NCBI GenBank assembly: GCA_030295235.1
Contig: AP026134.1
Coordinates: forward strand, 372,001 to 436,000
From: Fistulifera solaris
Taxonomy: Eukaryota
DNA: 64,000 nt
Direction: 5' to 3'
Positions within the stretch are counted from its first letter, which is position 1. Every line of letters begins with the position of its first letter. The position numbers and the translations under genes are program-made. This document shows positions 34,401 to 47,072 of the stretch, piece by piece. The notes beneath the pieces were generated by a model, which was given only the letters and a program-made list of their open reading frames with translations, did not search any database and was not told the DNA's origin.

Positions 34401-36976
34401 GTCCGACTGTTCGCCATGAAATTGAACATGTCGACATACTTGCACCTCTGTGCGAGACCATAAGATCATCAGAAAGAGCAGATGTAACCGAGTCAGCATT
34501 AGGTATACTAAGCATGATTTTGCAAGGTGCCGGGCATTTATTACAGCCAATGGCTTGGACATTGGTGCTTGATACAATAACATCTGTATCAGGTGATCCT
34601 TCGCTCTCAAAAAGCAGATCGTCTGCACCATGGGCAACCTGCTGCCAAATGGGCTTTCGCTGTTTCAAACTAATCATTGATGACTTTCTCGAAGAGGTCC
34701 CGCAAACTGAAAATGGCAGTCAAACTAACAGAGAGAACGTTTTGGATTGTTGTTTATCTTTCGTCAAGTCGCGGCATGATGTAAACACGTCGTTGACTGC
34801 GATTGGTCTTTTGTGGACGGTGGCCGACCAACAATCGAACGCGGATTCAATGGACCTTGCTTTACGAAAGTTGGTTCTGTTGGCATCAGATGAACGTGTT
34901 GAAGTGAGAAATGCCGCTGTCAACACTTTGTTCTCGTGTATTGTAGGCAAAGGTGGCTCCTTCTCTTCAGAAAGGTGGCGATTGTGTTTTGATGAAGCCA
35001 TTTGTGGCGTATACGAAGTTGTGGCATCTCACTTTCGTTCTCAGACATCAGGAGAGTCTGCTCAAGTGACATCATCAAAGCAATCGCGATACAGAGTTGT
35101 TTTGCATGCTTCCAGGGACTCTGCGAGTAAGCAATGGATAGCAACCCAAGTTTTAGTCCTTAGAGGGCTTATTCGTGTTCTTCGTTCTTTCTTTAAGGAG
35201 CTACTCGATACAACCGACATTAGAGCTGGTGAGGAGATGTCAACTCCATGGTTCCAAGAAACATGGGTCCGCGTCCTTGATTTCGCATGGGAGGCGGTGA
35301 CCCAAGAAGGGGATCGAGAAAGTCTTGATATTCGATCTGTCGGGATTGAGCTACTAGGTACCGCGACACAGCTTACAAGTTCAGCAGGTATCCAAGCTGC
35401 TGCGACTCCTGCACGAGTTGGAACCAATATGGAAGTTGTCAATGGAGCACTACGAAGTGTAAGAGAATCCACATCTAAAACAACGATACAACGCGCTCAC
35501 TCGATGGCTACTAGTCTCGTTCGGCAGAAATTATTTCTGGAAGCATTTGAAAGTTTAGAGTCCTTTCAAGAGGTTGTAAGCTGTAATGCCGAAAGAGCCG
35601 ATTTCCCTTCGGACGTTGACTTGCAGGTTCTTCATCGATTCGCTTCGTCTCTTACAAAAGTGTATGATTGTTGCAAAACTGATGAGTTGAAATGTGATTC
35701 TTCTTTGGAGACCCTCCTTACTCTAAATGCAGGTTGCGAAGAAGAGGGGGATTTGGAAAGACGCTTTGTAGGTTTGTTGACAAGTGTCTTAGTTGCTTCC
35801 TCAAAAACAAGCCAAGCGAAGTACCTTAACCAGTCCCAAAGATGTTGTATGGACTTACTTCGCGTGATGGCAGCTCAGGGTTCCCACAGATCTTTTGAAG
35901 CTTTAGTCACACTTGCAAGCGGGTCTTTCTTTGTGCGGAAAGAGCAAGATTGCGACGAAAACGAATCAGACAAAGATGCCGAGCCTACCAAAAATTATAG
36001 TGTCTTGTGTCATGAAGCGGCTGTAATAGTCTCAGAAGAAATCGTGAAAGGGTCTATTTCAGTTGAATCAAGGGTTTGGGTTCTCGAGCTTGTATTCGCT
36101 GAATTCAATGATGAATTCGGCTCAGGCGACGTGGTTTGGAAAAAGAGATACTTCAAGTATTTTATTCCCATTTTACGCTGTGGGTTGTTCAGCACATCCC
36201 ACTTGAGTCACGAGAATGCAATTGATATAAAGACTCGTGTTTGGGACAAATTTGCAAATTTTCTTGCGCAAGCTCTGTCGGTTGTTGAGCTTGGACATAA
36301 CACGACAAAGATCCCTCGAGTTCACGAAATTATTGAAATTATTGAGGTCTCAGCAGTGGATACTCCATCTGGAAGTTCAAAAGCACTGAGTGAAGCGCTT
36401 GGACTTGGGCTTATTAATTCCTTTGTCACCGCCAAGCGCCACGCTGTATTAGCCGCCGAGAGAAGTAATTCCGATTTTGGCCGCAGATCTGGTCGTCATC
36501 GCGATGAGCTTCTCGTTCTATTTAAAGTTGTTTTGGAACACTGTTGTAGACTGGACTACGGCAGTTCCACAATACGGAAAGTCTCTCTCGAGGCTCTCTC
36601 GGGGGCACTTTCAGCGAATCAAGATAATCCAGAAAGGGGCGTGTTTATAGCAGCTTCGCAACATGTGTGTAAAACCTTGCAGAGATATGAAAATATGGAA
36701 ATGGTAGCAGTCTCTTTGTTTCCCATTTTAAGTCAGTTTGTGGGGTCCGATATCGTTGAGCTTAAAGAAGCAGCCCTCGCTCTTCTGACGGCTGTTGACG
36801 TTTCCGATCTTCTTGAGCGCGCAAAAACGCGCTACACTCTTGCAGAACATCGCGCAGACGAGGCTGAGAAACAGGTTGACCAATTGAAAGCTATCGTCAA
36901 AGATCTTACGAAGGCTAACGAAAAGCTGCGTCAAGAAGTCGCTATTCTCGAAGCAAGTACGGCGCTTCACGCTTGA
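31466..36976 (+). CDS. MON2: MON2 (Sec7-family-related HEAT scaffold)
   Basis: N-terminal LRDLAAEARKNHPGVKEASERA..LLHPFLLA (DCB); GFRCFKLIIDDFL, DVNTSLTAIGLLW, DERVEVRNAAVNTLF (Mon2 C-terminal region); intron 33485-33558; +1 indel ~33708. Confidence 0.85.
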
Positions 36977-37046
36977 TAACTGTTAATATTAGATAGACGT
37001 AGACATCACCAAATTCAATCAGCTACTAATCATAACTAGTAAGTCT

Positions 37047-38779
37047 TCATCGCTCATCGTCCTTCTTTTCCCCTTGAGCTTGTACAAGCCGTGCCAGCGG
37101 GTCGCGGGGCGTAATACGTCTAGTTCTGTGGGCTACGTTGTTTCTCAAGTGCGTCTCAGCTGAGTCTTTCTCGCGTTTATCTGAATAAAAATGACTTTTC
37201 TTCTTACTCTTTCGAATAGCTGGCTGGTGAAATCGATCTTTTGATCTGTCGACATCGATTGGTGATGGAGGGATATCTTCCCGTTCATTCAGGTCCGAAT
37301 CCTTTCGACGTCTCTTCTTTACGCGAGAATGTGATAGGGAGAATGAAGGTGCGACATCTTCCTCGTCTTCCCATTCGCCCCATCCGTATCTTCGGGCAAG
37401 ATCGTACACACCACGAGGATCGGCGGCTTCACCTAGAGAAACAGCGTCTCCGGGATATGCCCCCAGTAAGCTTTTGCTATTTGCTCCAGCCGCAGCTCTG
37501 ATTCGCCCTAAAAACCCATCCCTGTCGCTGACTTTAGGACTTGCACTCTTCTTTTTGTTTTTCGGCGTCAATGCTGCCTTGGCTACCTGAGTTCTTTTCT
37601 GAAAATCAAATTCAAATATGATTCTTGGTGTCTTTGATTTTGAATCTCCTCGTTTCGGCGACAAGTCCTTGGTGAGCGCGTTAAGGACCCAATCTCCCTC
37701 TTCCTTCTTCGTTGTGATTACTCCAGAGCTTTCTTGATTGGCAACTTCATCAGTTGTGCTGTTTTCCGCTTGAGTCGTCGTATGCAATCCGACTCCGTGG
37801 CGAGTAAGGAACTCGAGACTCACGTATCTATATTTTGCTTCCTGTACATTTCCAACTCGCTTCAACTGGTCTAGAGCAATTTGATCCGCCTGTTTTGTCA
37901 GTTTCCTCCGTTGTCTAGAAGACTGTCCTGTACGGCGACTGGACACCGCAGACGATGCAAACTGACTCAAAGCGCGACGTTCAGGTCTCGTCCGGTCGTT
38001 TAGTTGTGACTGGGGCAAAAAATACCACACGAGACTGGAAAGAAAAGGAACATATGCATTGAGGTAATCCGTGATAAACATAAGTAAAAGAGCTAACGTT
38101 TGACCAACGATGCCTAAATCGAGGAGAAATCGATATAGAGCATTCGGTGGGGGTATCGCCGGACAATCTCTTGCGGAAGCACCTCCTTGTCCGTTTCGGA
38201 GTCACTGTCGGTTTGTTGAATGTTGCCCTGCTCCTGTAACTCTACCTGAACCACTTCTGACGACTCCTCTATATCCTCCTCTTCTTGTTCACTCTGTTCA
38301 CCTTCTTGTTTATCTTTGGTGGAAATACTGTGATTGTGATTTGTGTGCGGTACAAGATCCTCATCCTCTTCATTCGCAGCACTGCTTTGGTGACCTTTCA
38401 TAACTTCTTCATTGCCAGATGTATCAAGAAAGTCATCAAGCTGTGCTTCGACTTGCTTCTTTTTCTTTTTCGGGCGTCTGCGTTTTCTCGGACGCGTAGA
38501 TGCAACAATCACCATCGAATCATGCGACGACGAGCGCTCGAATGTTTCATCACCCAACGCTGTCGACTTGTTCACGTCGTTGACTGACGCAATGAGCTCA
38601 TCAATAAAAGCATCCAACGCCACATCCTCTTCTTTTGACCCGCCCCGAATGTGTACGCACGGCTTCGTCACAGATTCGGATGTTACGACGGCGGAGGCGA
38701 CAGCGAAAAGGAGAGCCGAAAAACCGTATCGACCACCGGGGGATAGCGCATATTTTCTAGATCTAGCAGCGCGCCTCAT
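37047..38779 (-). CDS. Uncharacterised signal-peptide/TM protein with acidic and basic low-complexity regions
   Basis: Hydrophobic N-terminus followed by IRGG; adding one C at ~38150 joins the ORFs (YPPPNALYRFLLDLGIVGQTLALLLMFITDY). Confidence 0.6.
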
Positions 38780-38907
38780 TTTCTCGATTCCAATTGCTTT
38801 TAGATGCTCAAGTGAATATTAGTTGCATCGATTTGCTGGAACTGTGGTGTTTCGTGGCCTATTTGTGTGTAAGCAAGAGTTCATTAAGGTTTGAAGAAAT
38901 TTCTCTT

Positions 38908-38938
38908 GTCACGGATGTCGGATCAGTCACGGATGTCG
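38908..38938. repeat. 13-bp direct repeat GTCACGGATGTCG x2 upstream of the 38779 gene
   Basis: Copies at 38908 and 38926 (period 18). Confidence 0.6.
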
Positions 38939-39394
38939 ATTATCATTGCCTTGACGGCTGTGTGGTTGGCGACAAACCGAGCGGCAAAGTTATGTGGTGT
39001 TATCTATGTAACGTTTCTAATAATTACGGTACATTTGATCAGAAGTTAACATCTGTTGAAAAGTAGTCGTCTTTTTTTACGCTATAGTAGATATTGATGC
39101 AAATCTACGGATTTCGATGCTACTTCATAGCTACAACCACTAACAACAATACAGCAAACGTTCTTTTTTGCTCTAAAACGGTGATGTGGACGTCGTAACT
39201 TACTAAAATAGGGATGGTCGATAATCGGGACTGAAAAAGTTGAGTCGGATTTCAAATACCGTCTACTGTACTTTCGTCGCTCCATACAAGTACCTGGTAC
39301 AGGAGACATTGATGCATCTAGCAGTTTTTAAAAATTTTGAAAATATTCACAACAACAAGATCTATGTAATACTAATAGGAATAAATCAGAAATT

Positions 39395-41691
39395 TTAAGC
39401 TGCAAGGCAATTGGTACCGGTTGCGTCACAGCACAAGGTGCAGCATCCTTCGCTGCAAACGTTTTCAGCTTCGCCACCCTCAGCAAGGCAATCGGCTTCA
39501 AGCTCCACCAAAACCGAGGCCGAGCGCAAGCCACAAAGTTCCTCGGGAACTGGACCTGTTAGATCGTTGCCAGAGACTGAAAAGGTTTGGAGATTGGTCA
39601 ATGCGTTCACATTCGAAGGAATAGCTCCCGAGAAACGATTGTTCTGCGCTCGGAACGTTATCAGAGAACTAATTTCACCAATTTTTGAGCTGAGCGTCCC
39701 CGTAAAATTACAGTTATAAAAGTCGTAGCGCCAGAAGCCATTCCTGTATATTTCTTCCGGAATGTCACCGCCCAATTTTCCGTTGCTGTGGACACGCAAG
39801 TCACCAAGTAACATAGCGCTGCCCAATTCAGAAGGCAAAGTACCGGAGAAGTCGTTTTCATGCAACCAGAGAGTATCCATCAGCTGGATATTTGCCAGCT
39901 CAGACGGTATCGTTCCATTCAATTGATTGCGCTGTGCTCTGATGAACGTCAAACTTTTCATTGTTCCAATCTCCGATGGAATAGGACCCGTCAAAAGGTT
40001 TTCGAATAGATAGAGCCCTTTCAGATCACCAAGCCTCGCGATACTTGACTGAATGCTGCCTTCCAGCAGGTTCCCCGCAAGGTTGAGCCGCTGTAGATTC
40101 CGCGTCGCAAAAGCTCCGACGGAATACTTCCGGTCATAAGGTTGTAGTGAACTTCGAAATTGATCAAATGCTTAAACTTGGCAATTTCCGTTGGAAGTGT
40201 ACCCTTGATTTCGCCGTAACCAATCGCAAGAGTTTGGAGGAAAGGCAAGTGATGCAATCCTTCTGGAAAGCTTCCCGTGAAATTCATGCCATCTGCGAAA
40301 AGGAGAAAGCAATGAGAATGCTGCATAGAAATACAAATAATCAATAATCACAAGAAGGACTTACTCAAATCAATCGATCGAATCTGACTGAATTCGTCAC
40401 AGAACATGCCAACCCATTTGCACTCGGGCTCTTGGCTGAGCCATCGAACTGATCCAGGGACTGGAGATCGAACTAATTCCGGCGCGATCATCATTAGCCT
40501 CATGTACTCACAGAGCTCGTCTTCTCCTTCCTCCGGGGGATTGCAAGATCCCCAGGGTCTCGATTCACTAGTAGCGTAGTAGAAGTAAGCCGCGATGTAG
40601 CGCTGCATGAGATTGGGGTCATCGGGCGTCAAGGCCATAGGGTCGGAATATGCAACCCATCGAAGTGCTTTCGAATACGGAGAAAGTGGATCTTCCAGAA
40701 GATCTGCTCCAATAACCCGGGTAACCAGCTCTTCAATATCCAATGCACCTTGACTACGGCCACCCGCATCGTCGTCTTTACTGAGCGACATTCCTACACC
40801 AAATCCAACGGCAAGGACAACAACAATGAAAACACTGAGGGCGGCATACAGACGAAATCGTCGGTTGTGATACAAAGGAGGCTTCGCGTCTGGATCGTAT
40901 TCCACTGCCGACGGAATAAAGACGTTCTCGTCTTCTTCCATGACAGGAACGGCGACGGCGAGTCCTTCGTCGTTGTCGTAACCACCGTATTCGATATCAG
41001 ATGGGTCAAAAGACCACCGGGACGCATTTGACTATCATCAAACCCGTCATCATCTTCTAACTTGTTGTCGGGAATTTTCTCGGCGAACTCGTCGTCTTTC
41101 TTCATGCCCCCGACTTCGTGTGCTCCATACCCTGCAGTTGTTCCGTCACCACGATCTTTCTTGTCGTTGGCGTCCGCTTCATAATCTCCTCGTTTCGAAT
41201 AAGCCGGCATCTTTTTTGTCATCGTGAGCTTCGTCGGAAGCAAACTGCGCCGTTTTCGACGCGATGCGTTCATCGAGGCGAGAGAGATCAGTGTGGGGAC
41301 GAGCCGCGCCAGTCTTTGCCGCAATGGCGTCTTCCAAGCTTTCTAACTGAGCCTGAGCAGTACCCGCTTGGTCGCTGCGGACCTTGGCGTTGATGCGATC
41401 TTCTAGGGACTCAATAGCGTCACGTCCATAAACGGCAGGGGCGCCAGCCTTCGAGTTGACCGGACGGCCGCCCATGGCCACCGCGCCTGGTTTGGAATCA
41501 AACTGCTCCGAACCAGCCGGCGCTAATTGGGGAGGTGACGTTCCCTTAATTTTTTCTTCGATACGCTGATCCAAGCGGGCAGTTTCCTCGGCAGCGACGG
41601 CAGTGACACCCGGTTTTGTGGCAGGGGCATTCTTCGGCCGGGCATTCTCCTTGGCGTCCTTATCTTGTTTCTCCCGTTCGTCGTTGTTCAT
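39395..41691 (-). CDS. Type II membrane leucine-rich-repeat protein (diatom-type LRR family)
   Basis: Cytosolic PGAVA/PGVTAV motifs; TM; ALRW...DP...LMQRYIAAYFYY...WLS...ECKW.G cap; plant-type LRRs (LTGPIPSEIG); CCTLCC C-terminal cap; intron 40364-40293; several frameshifts. Confidence 0.85.
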
Positions 41692-41861
41692 CTTGGCGTT
41701 CGAAAAAAGATTGGCCGAGACTTCGTAACTATGTGCCTGTCTCACAAAACAGGAAAAGAAGCAGGAATAAGTTTCAAGGCAGATCAGTTTATTTACAAGC
41801 GACCAGAATAATAGAGAAAACAAGGGGGGAGAACGCCAAGAAGGACAACTGTGGCAGCGCG

Positions 41862-41899
41862 TGACTGCGTTTGTACAGAATGACTGCGTTTGTACAGAA
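41862..41899. repeat. Perfect 19-bp tandem duplication TGACTGCGTTTGTACAGAA
   Basis: 41862-41880 and 41881-41899, upstream of the LRR gene. Confidence 0.85.
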
Positions 41900-42559
41900 C
41901 GACAATGGACTGTGGTTGAAAAAGGCCTCTCCCACATTCGTATTTTCACAGTTCATAGGGTGTGACGTTGGTAGGTGAGAACGTCTAACGGGTTTCATAA
42001 TTAATACACTCGTGAGATTGATAAGGAAAACGAACTTCGCTTCGACAGAGGTGCTCTTGGAAAAGTAGCGAATACGACATCCAGGGTCATTCTGCCTGTC
42101 CTTTTGTCCTAGCATTACTCGTTCGATGGGGAGGTAAGACGAAAGTCGACCATGGAAATTCCCAGCACAGGTGCGGCTCATTCGGAGCTACAAGGAAAGG
42201 AATGCAATAGTTGCTCCGTGTGTGAAAGATTGGAAGCCGAAGGATGGTCGGTCATTGAGGCAAGTAATAACTGACAAATGGATCCTTCATTGAATTTGTT
42301 TTGGATCGTGCGAGCGAAAGAGAGTCGACGACGAAATGATTTTCGCACAAATAAACAAGTGAAAGAGGGGAACTAGAGCGTGTGTGGTAGTGGATGTGAA
42401 GCGCTAACGAGATTGTGAAGGGAGAAAATGACACGGCACGAGAAACATCCATGAAAACAAAAAGTTTCCTCTCCTGGCTTTTTCATAATCCCAACCCTCC
42501 ATTTACGCGCAAAAGAAACGCATTCGTATTCTTCTTCTTTTACAAGAAAGAAATCAATG

Positions 42560-43634
42560 CAAAACTTACGTTAGTCGAAATCGCTTTCATGTTCACTGAG
42601 CCAGCAAACGCTTTGACCGCTGATGCGATTAATGAGGATTTTTGTGAGCGAAACATAGTGCAGAATTCATCCATCAGCGTCGTACCTCTCGGATGGCATG
42701 TCCCTGTAGACTTGTACTAATTCCTCTGTAGAAAGAAAGGGCTGAATTTTCTGTTCCCGTATGCCGGTCATTTGAAAACCGTGTCGTACGATATGTCGTA
42801 TTGTTAAGTAATGGGATGACTGGTACTGATTTTTCTTAAGTTGCTTCCGTGCTTGGTACCGGTCAACGGCGCACCATAACTTCTGTGTCAGACTATTACG
42901 CTGAACATGGCAGTCTTTTAATCTCCTGCAATGGCTTTTGTTGTGACACCTTGTAAAATAATGAAGATCTACAATTACCGGAGTCCCACGTCGTAACTGA
43001 TGCATTACAGACCCTGTTCCTGGAGGTCCGAATCATCGTTCAATCTAACGGTTAATGAAAAGTTTGTTTGAAAAACTGCAAGTACTGAGATGTGAGTTCT
43101 GGTCGAATGCAATATAACTATTCTTGAAATAATCAATATCGACAAATAACATAGTTTTACCTGCCTATGACTCGTGTTGAGGTCGCGATCATTTAGTGAT
43201 ATGCTGTTATTGCGTTTGACAAGCTTCAGTGAAGAAGAACTCGAAAGAACCGACGTCTTCACGCTACAAGAGTACTCCGCAGTACAAATTGCAACGCGGA
43301 CCGAAATGAGTAGTTTTGTTATCATCGCACAATGTAGGTTGCTATCTCCTTCTCGAGGACAAGCTTTTTTGTTGAATAACATACCCAATCAGCTGTTACG
43401 TATATCGACCGAACCATTCTATAATTCTTTCCACTTTCGAAGTTCATCCAGGAGATTCTGCTGCTTTTCTGCAACTCCTCCAGGCGTTTCAACAGAAGTC
43501 AAACGCACAATATCTCCCAAAACTTGATGGATGCTGGAAAGGGCATTGACCGTCGCACTCAATTCCAGCAGTAATTCGTCCTGCTTTTTCGCAATGCGTT
43601 CTGAATTCGTTGTTACTTCGTCGGAAGAATCCAT
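42560..43634 (-). pseudogene. Possible decayed gene of unknown family
   Basis: Coiled-coil-like 71-aa start continues in frame through TAG/TGA into ORF 43005..43388; intron-like cag|gtaaaac at ~43160; further fragment 42667..43005. Confidence 0.3.
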
Positions 43635-43960
43635 GATTCAGCGCAATATTGCTGTGGGACAACTGTATTTATCGAGAGCTTGTGTGGCAACGCATCGCAT
43701 CGCATGAAGCGATCCATGGTGGTGTCGTCCAAAATGGTTTTTCGTCGCGTTGCGCCTGCGGTGCCATGATTCGTGACTCACAACCCGGGACCCGGCTTTT
43801 TCCGACCGATGACAAAACTGGACTGCGATGAGCGGACGCGACGTTACCAGGTAATATCGAACGATAGGACGAATGAATAAAAAGCACGCGTCGAGCACAT
43901 AAAATCAGGCGAGTTCATTCTATTTCGTCGTCTCTATCGGTAAACAATAGACAATAGAAG

Positions 43961-45516
43961 ATGGACGCTGACCAATGTCTGGAAGAACCGTTGATTGGCC
44001 AAGAAGTGCATGTAGAATCGAATACAGAGCAATCTCCGGAAAGCGCAGAGGAAGAAAGGTCACAAGAGCCGGACGATTCCCTATTGAATCCGTGGAAGAA
44101 TCACAATGTACGATTGTCGTTTCTCCTTTGCATCGTCAGCGGAATTGCGGATTCTATTTGGGGGTCCGTGGTGCTCAGCGGCTTTCTCTTTGCACTCGGC
44201 AAGGCCATGGGAAAAACCAAAGAAGATAATACGCTAGTTGGTTTGGCGGAAATGGTACAAGGTCTGACGATGCTGATTTTTGCGTTACCGATTGGGCTTT
44301 TAGCCGACAAGACCGGCAAGGCCAGAGTGGTACGATGGGGCGGTGCACTGTTGTTGTTGACGGTCGGCATTACCCTTTGGGCGTTGCTGGTCATCAATCG
44401 AGAGGCTTCAGAAAGTCAACGGGCGGCCGATCAATCGTATTACATCATGCTCGTCGCGCTCGGATTGTGGGGAATCTGTGGTGGTATCTTGAATGGGCCT
44501 TCGCAAGCGCTGTTTTCGGACTCGATTCCCAAAGGAAGGCGTTCCGAACTCCTCACGTATCTGTACAGCAGTTATCTGATTTCTGCTGCCGTTGGCCCGC
44601 TGGTTGGCATTATTATGCTGTCACAGAGTAATGAAGAAGACTGGTCATTGGAGGAAATTTTCCCCGTATTTTTCGTGGGAGTATTACTAGAAATACCGGC
44701 AGGAGTTCTCTGCTTCTTCTTCTCGGAAAAGTATACAGTTCCTGAACCCGATGACGAGCCTCGACCGGTTGATGAAAGTATCGATACTCTTAGTGTGGAC
44801 AATCCGGAGCAAACTGAGACGGCGAACTCGGCGCCTTCTTTGTTGAATGGATATGGGCTGACGAAAGCGGCGGTCCCCTATGTACTGTTCTTCTCTTCTT
44901 TGGTCGTTTCCTGGGAAGTGGTGCAAGCGTGAAATATTTTCCTTTATTCTTCAAAGAGATCGGCTTACGGAGCGAAGTTGTTCAGGGGATATTTTTAACT
45001 GTTCCCGTGAGTATCTCATTCTTCAGTTTTGTCAGCCAAAAGATCAGTCAATCTATGGGACGTGTTGAAACATCTGTCATGTTCAATGTTTGCGGGGTGT
45101 TGATGCTCTACTTCATGACATGGCTCAGTCGCGATATTCAGGAAGGCGATACAAGTCGACGAATCCTCATTGTGGGTGTGTACTTGTTACGAACTGGGAT
45201 CATGAACTGTCCTTATCCGCTACTTGAAAGCATTCTGATGGACGCCGTCCCTTCCAATCAAAGGGCGCGCTGGAAGTCACTCGAAAGTATAGCTTCTTTT
45301 GGTTGGACGGGAAGTGCTCTTCTAGGAGGTATTTTATCTGACTCCCACTCTTATCAGTACACATTTGCCATTACTGCAACCATGCAGTTGGTCGGTGGAC
45401 TCATGCTCATTCCGATCCAGCATCTGGTCGAACGCGAACAAGTCGAACCTATCAGTGATGAAGATGTGGCTGATGAGACTAGAACGGATCTTGAGGAACC
45501 TTTGTTGACATCGTAG
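43961..45516 (+). CDS. Major facilitator superfamily transporter
   Basis: GLLADKTGKAR (motif A); QALFSDSIPKGRR; LMDAVPSNQRARW; about 12 TM segments; 1-bp frameshift ~44910; acidic dileucine-like EEPLI / EEPLL at both termini. Confidence 0.88.
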
Positions 45517-45870
45517 CATACCTTTTAACAAAATCGTTTCTTTAATTTAAAATTTAATGGCTTCACTTGACATACATTTTGCACAGCAATCACTGGTCCC
45601 TCCTTCACTCAGGCTAGAATTATAAATACTTGTCCCAGTGGCTTTCAAGCATAAGCGCGGCGTTTTTTCTTTTTTTCGAAAAATTTTGAAATGAGTTTGT
45701 GCACACAAACCAACTTTTGAAGTTGCTTTCGCACTACAAACGCTTGAGACCATGAAGAAAATAAAAAACTTGTTCAGACTCTTTTCTTTGTGGTCGCTGG
45801 ATAGCATACTGCGTAGAGCTAAAACGATCAACCCAAGTTTTTTATAGCAAACCTTGCAGGTTCGAATGCG

Positions 45871-46895
45871 ATGACGAAGAGCTCGTTGTCACTTGATTCC
45901 GTGCACAGCAGCCGTCTAGATCATCACAGTCCTTCATGGAGTTGTGATACTCCGTCCTTGGTGATTTCGATAGACAAAGAGGCTGAGATCAACGAATCAT
46001 ACCTCGCTGGATCGGTTGTGAATAGCTTCGATTCTGCCGAGCTATCTGTGGATGCCGAAACGATGACAACTCCTTCGAGTTCGCAGAAAGCAAAAACTGA
46101 ACGACAGTTTCAGCGATGGTCATCGGCTGAGGACCGCCTACTCAAAGAGGGGAGTCAGTATGGGTGACGGTCCACCACATGACTGGACAAAGATTGCCGC
46201 CAACCATTTCAATGGTATGCGATCCCCAAGACAGGTACGTTTGTCGCTGTCGTCGATCATCTATCTCCATTATTCACGACCTTACCCAAATCATCGATTA
46301 GTGCAAGTCAAGGTGGAAGAACGCGTTTTCTCCGAATGTGAATTACGAACCTTTTACTGAAGATGAAGATAATGCCATCGTATACTATCGACAGCTTGGA
46401 TTTGGATGGGCCACAATTGCATCTTATCTACCGGGTCGCATAGCCGAACAAACCCGAGATCGGTTTGTAAATCATACCAATCCTTCACTACGAACAACAC
46501 CTTGGACTAAGAAAGAAGACACACTTCTAATAGAGCTCCAAGCCAAGCATGGAAATCGGTGGACTTACATTTCCAAGTACTTGCCCGGTCGGTCGGAAAA
46601 CTCGATAAAGAACCGCTGGCACAATCGCAAGACTCGACAGCGCCGTGCACTGCGCCGTGAAGCTGTGAGTACAAATGCTGCAGAAAATCCGGACTCCTTT
46701 CAGTCTGTTTCGACGGAAACACTTGTGGAGACAGTCCAAAGCGGTCAGCAACTTCCATCTGTCAATGTCGATATCGACGAGGACGTTCATCTCCACAAGT
46801 TCAGCATAGCCGATATCGAAAAATTCGAACGGGACTTAGCGGCCAATAGTCATGTGAAAGATGAAGAATACACGCATGCAATTAGTGAAGTCTAG
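45871..46895 (+). CDS. R1R2R3-type Myb transcription factor
   Basis: WSSAED..L / W.KIA...RSPRQCKSRW; FTEDED...W..IA..LPGR..EQ.RDRF; WTKKED..L...HGNRW..ISKYLPGRSENSIKNRW; intron 46235-46301; +1 indel ~46150. Confidence 0.88.
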
Positions 46896-47072
46896 GGTGA
46901 TACTTTACCAACTAGACGTCGAGTTATCTTGTTCTTTCCATTACAGCGTAAACTCGTAAGACGACTGATAGCTAACAACTAGCTAAGCTGCTACTTAGTA
47001 TCTTGACAGCATATCTTTATAGTCGATCTTGTAGCCTCGAATAAATTTCGTAATTATGAAAAGAGCAGCTCA

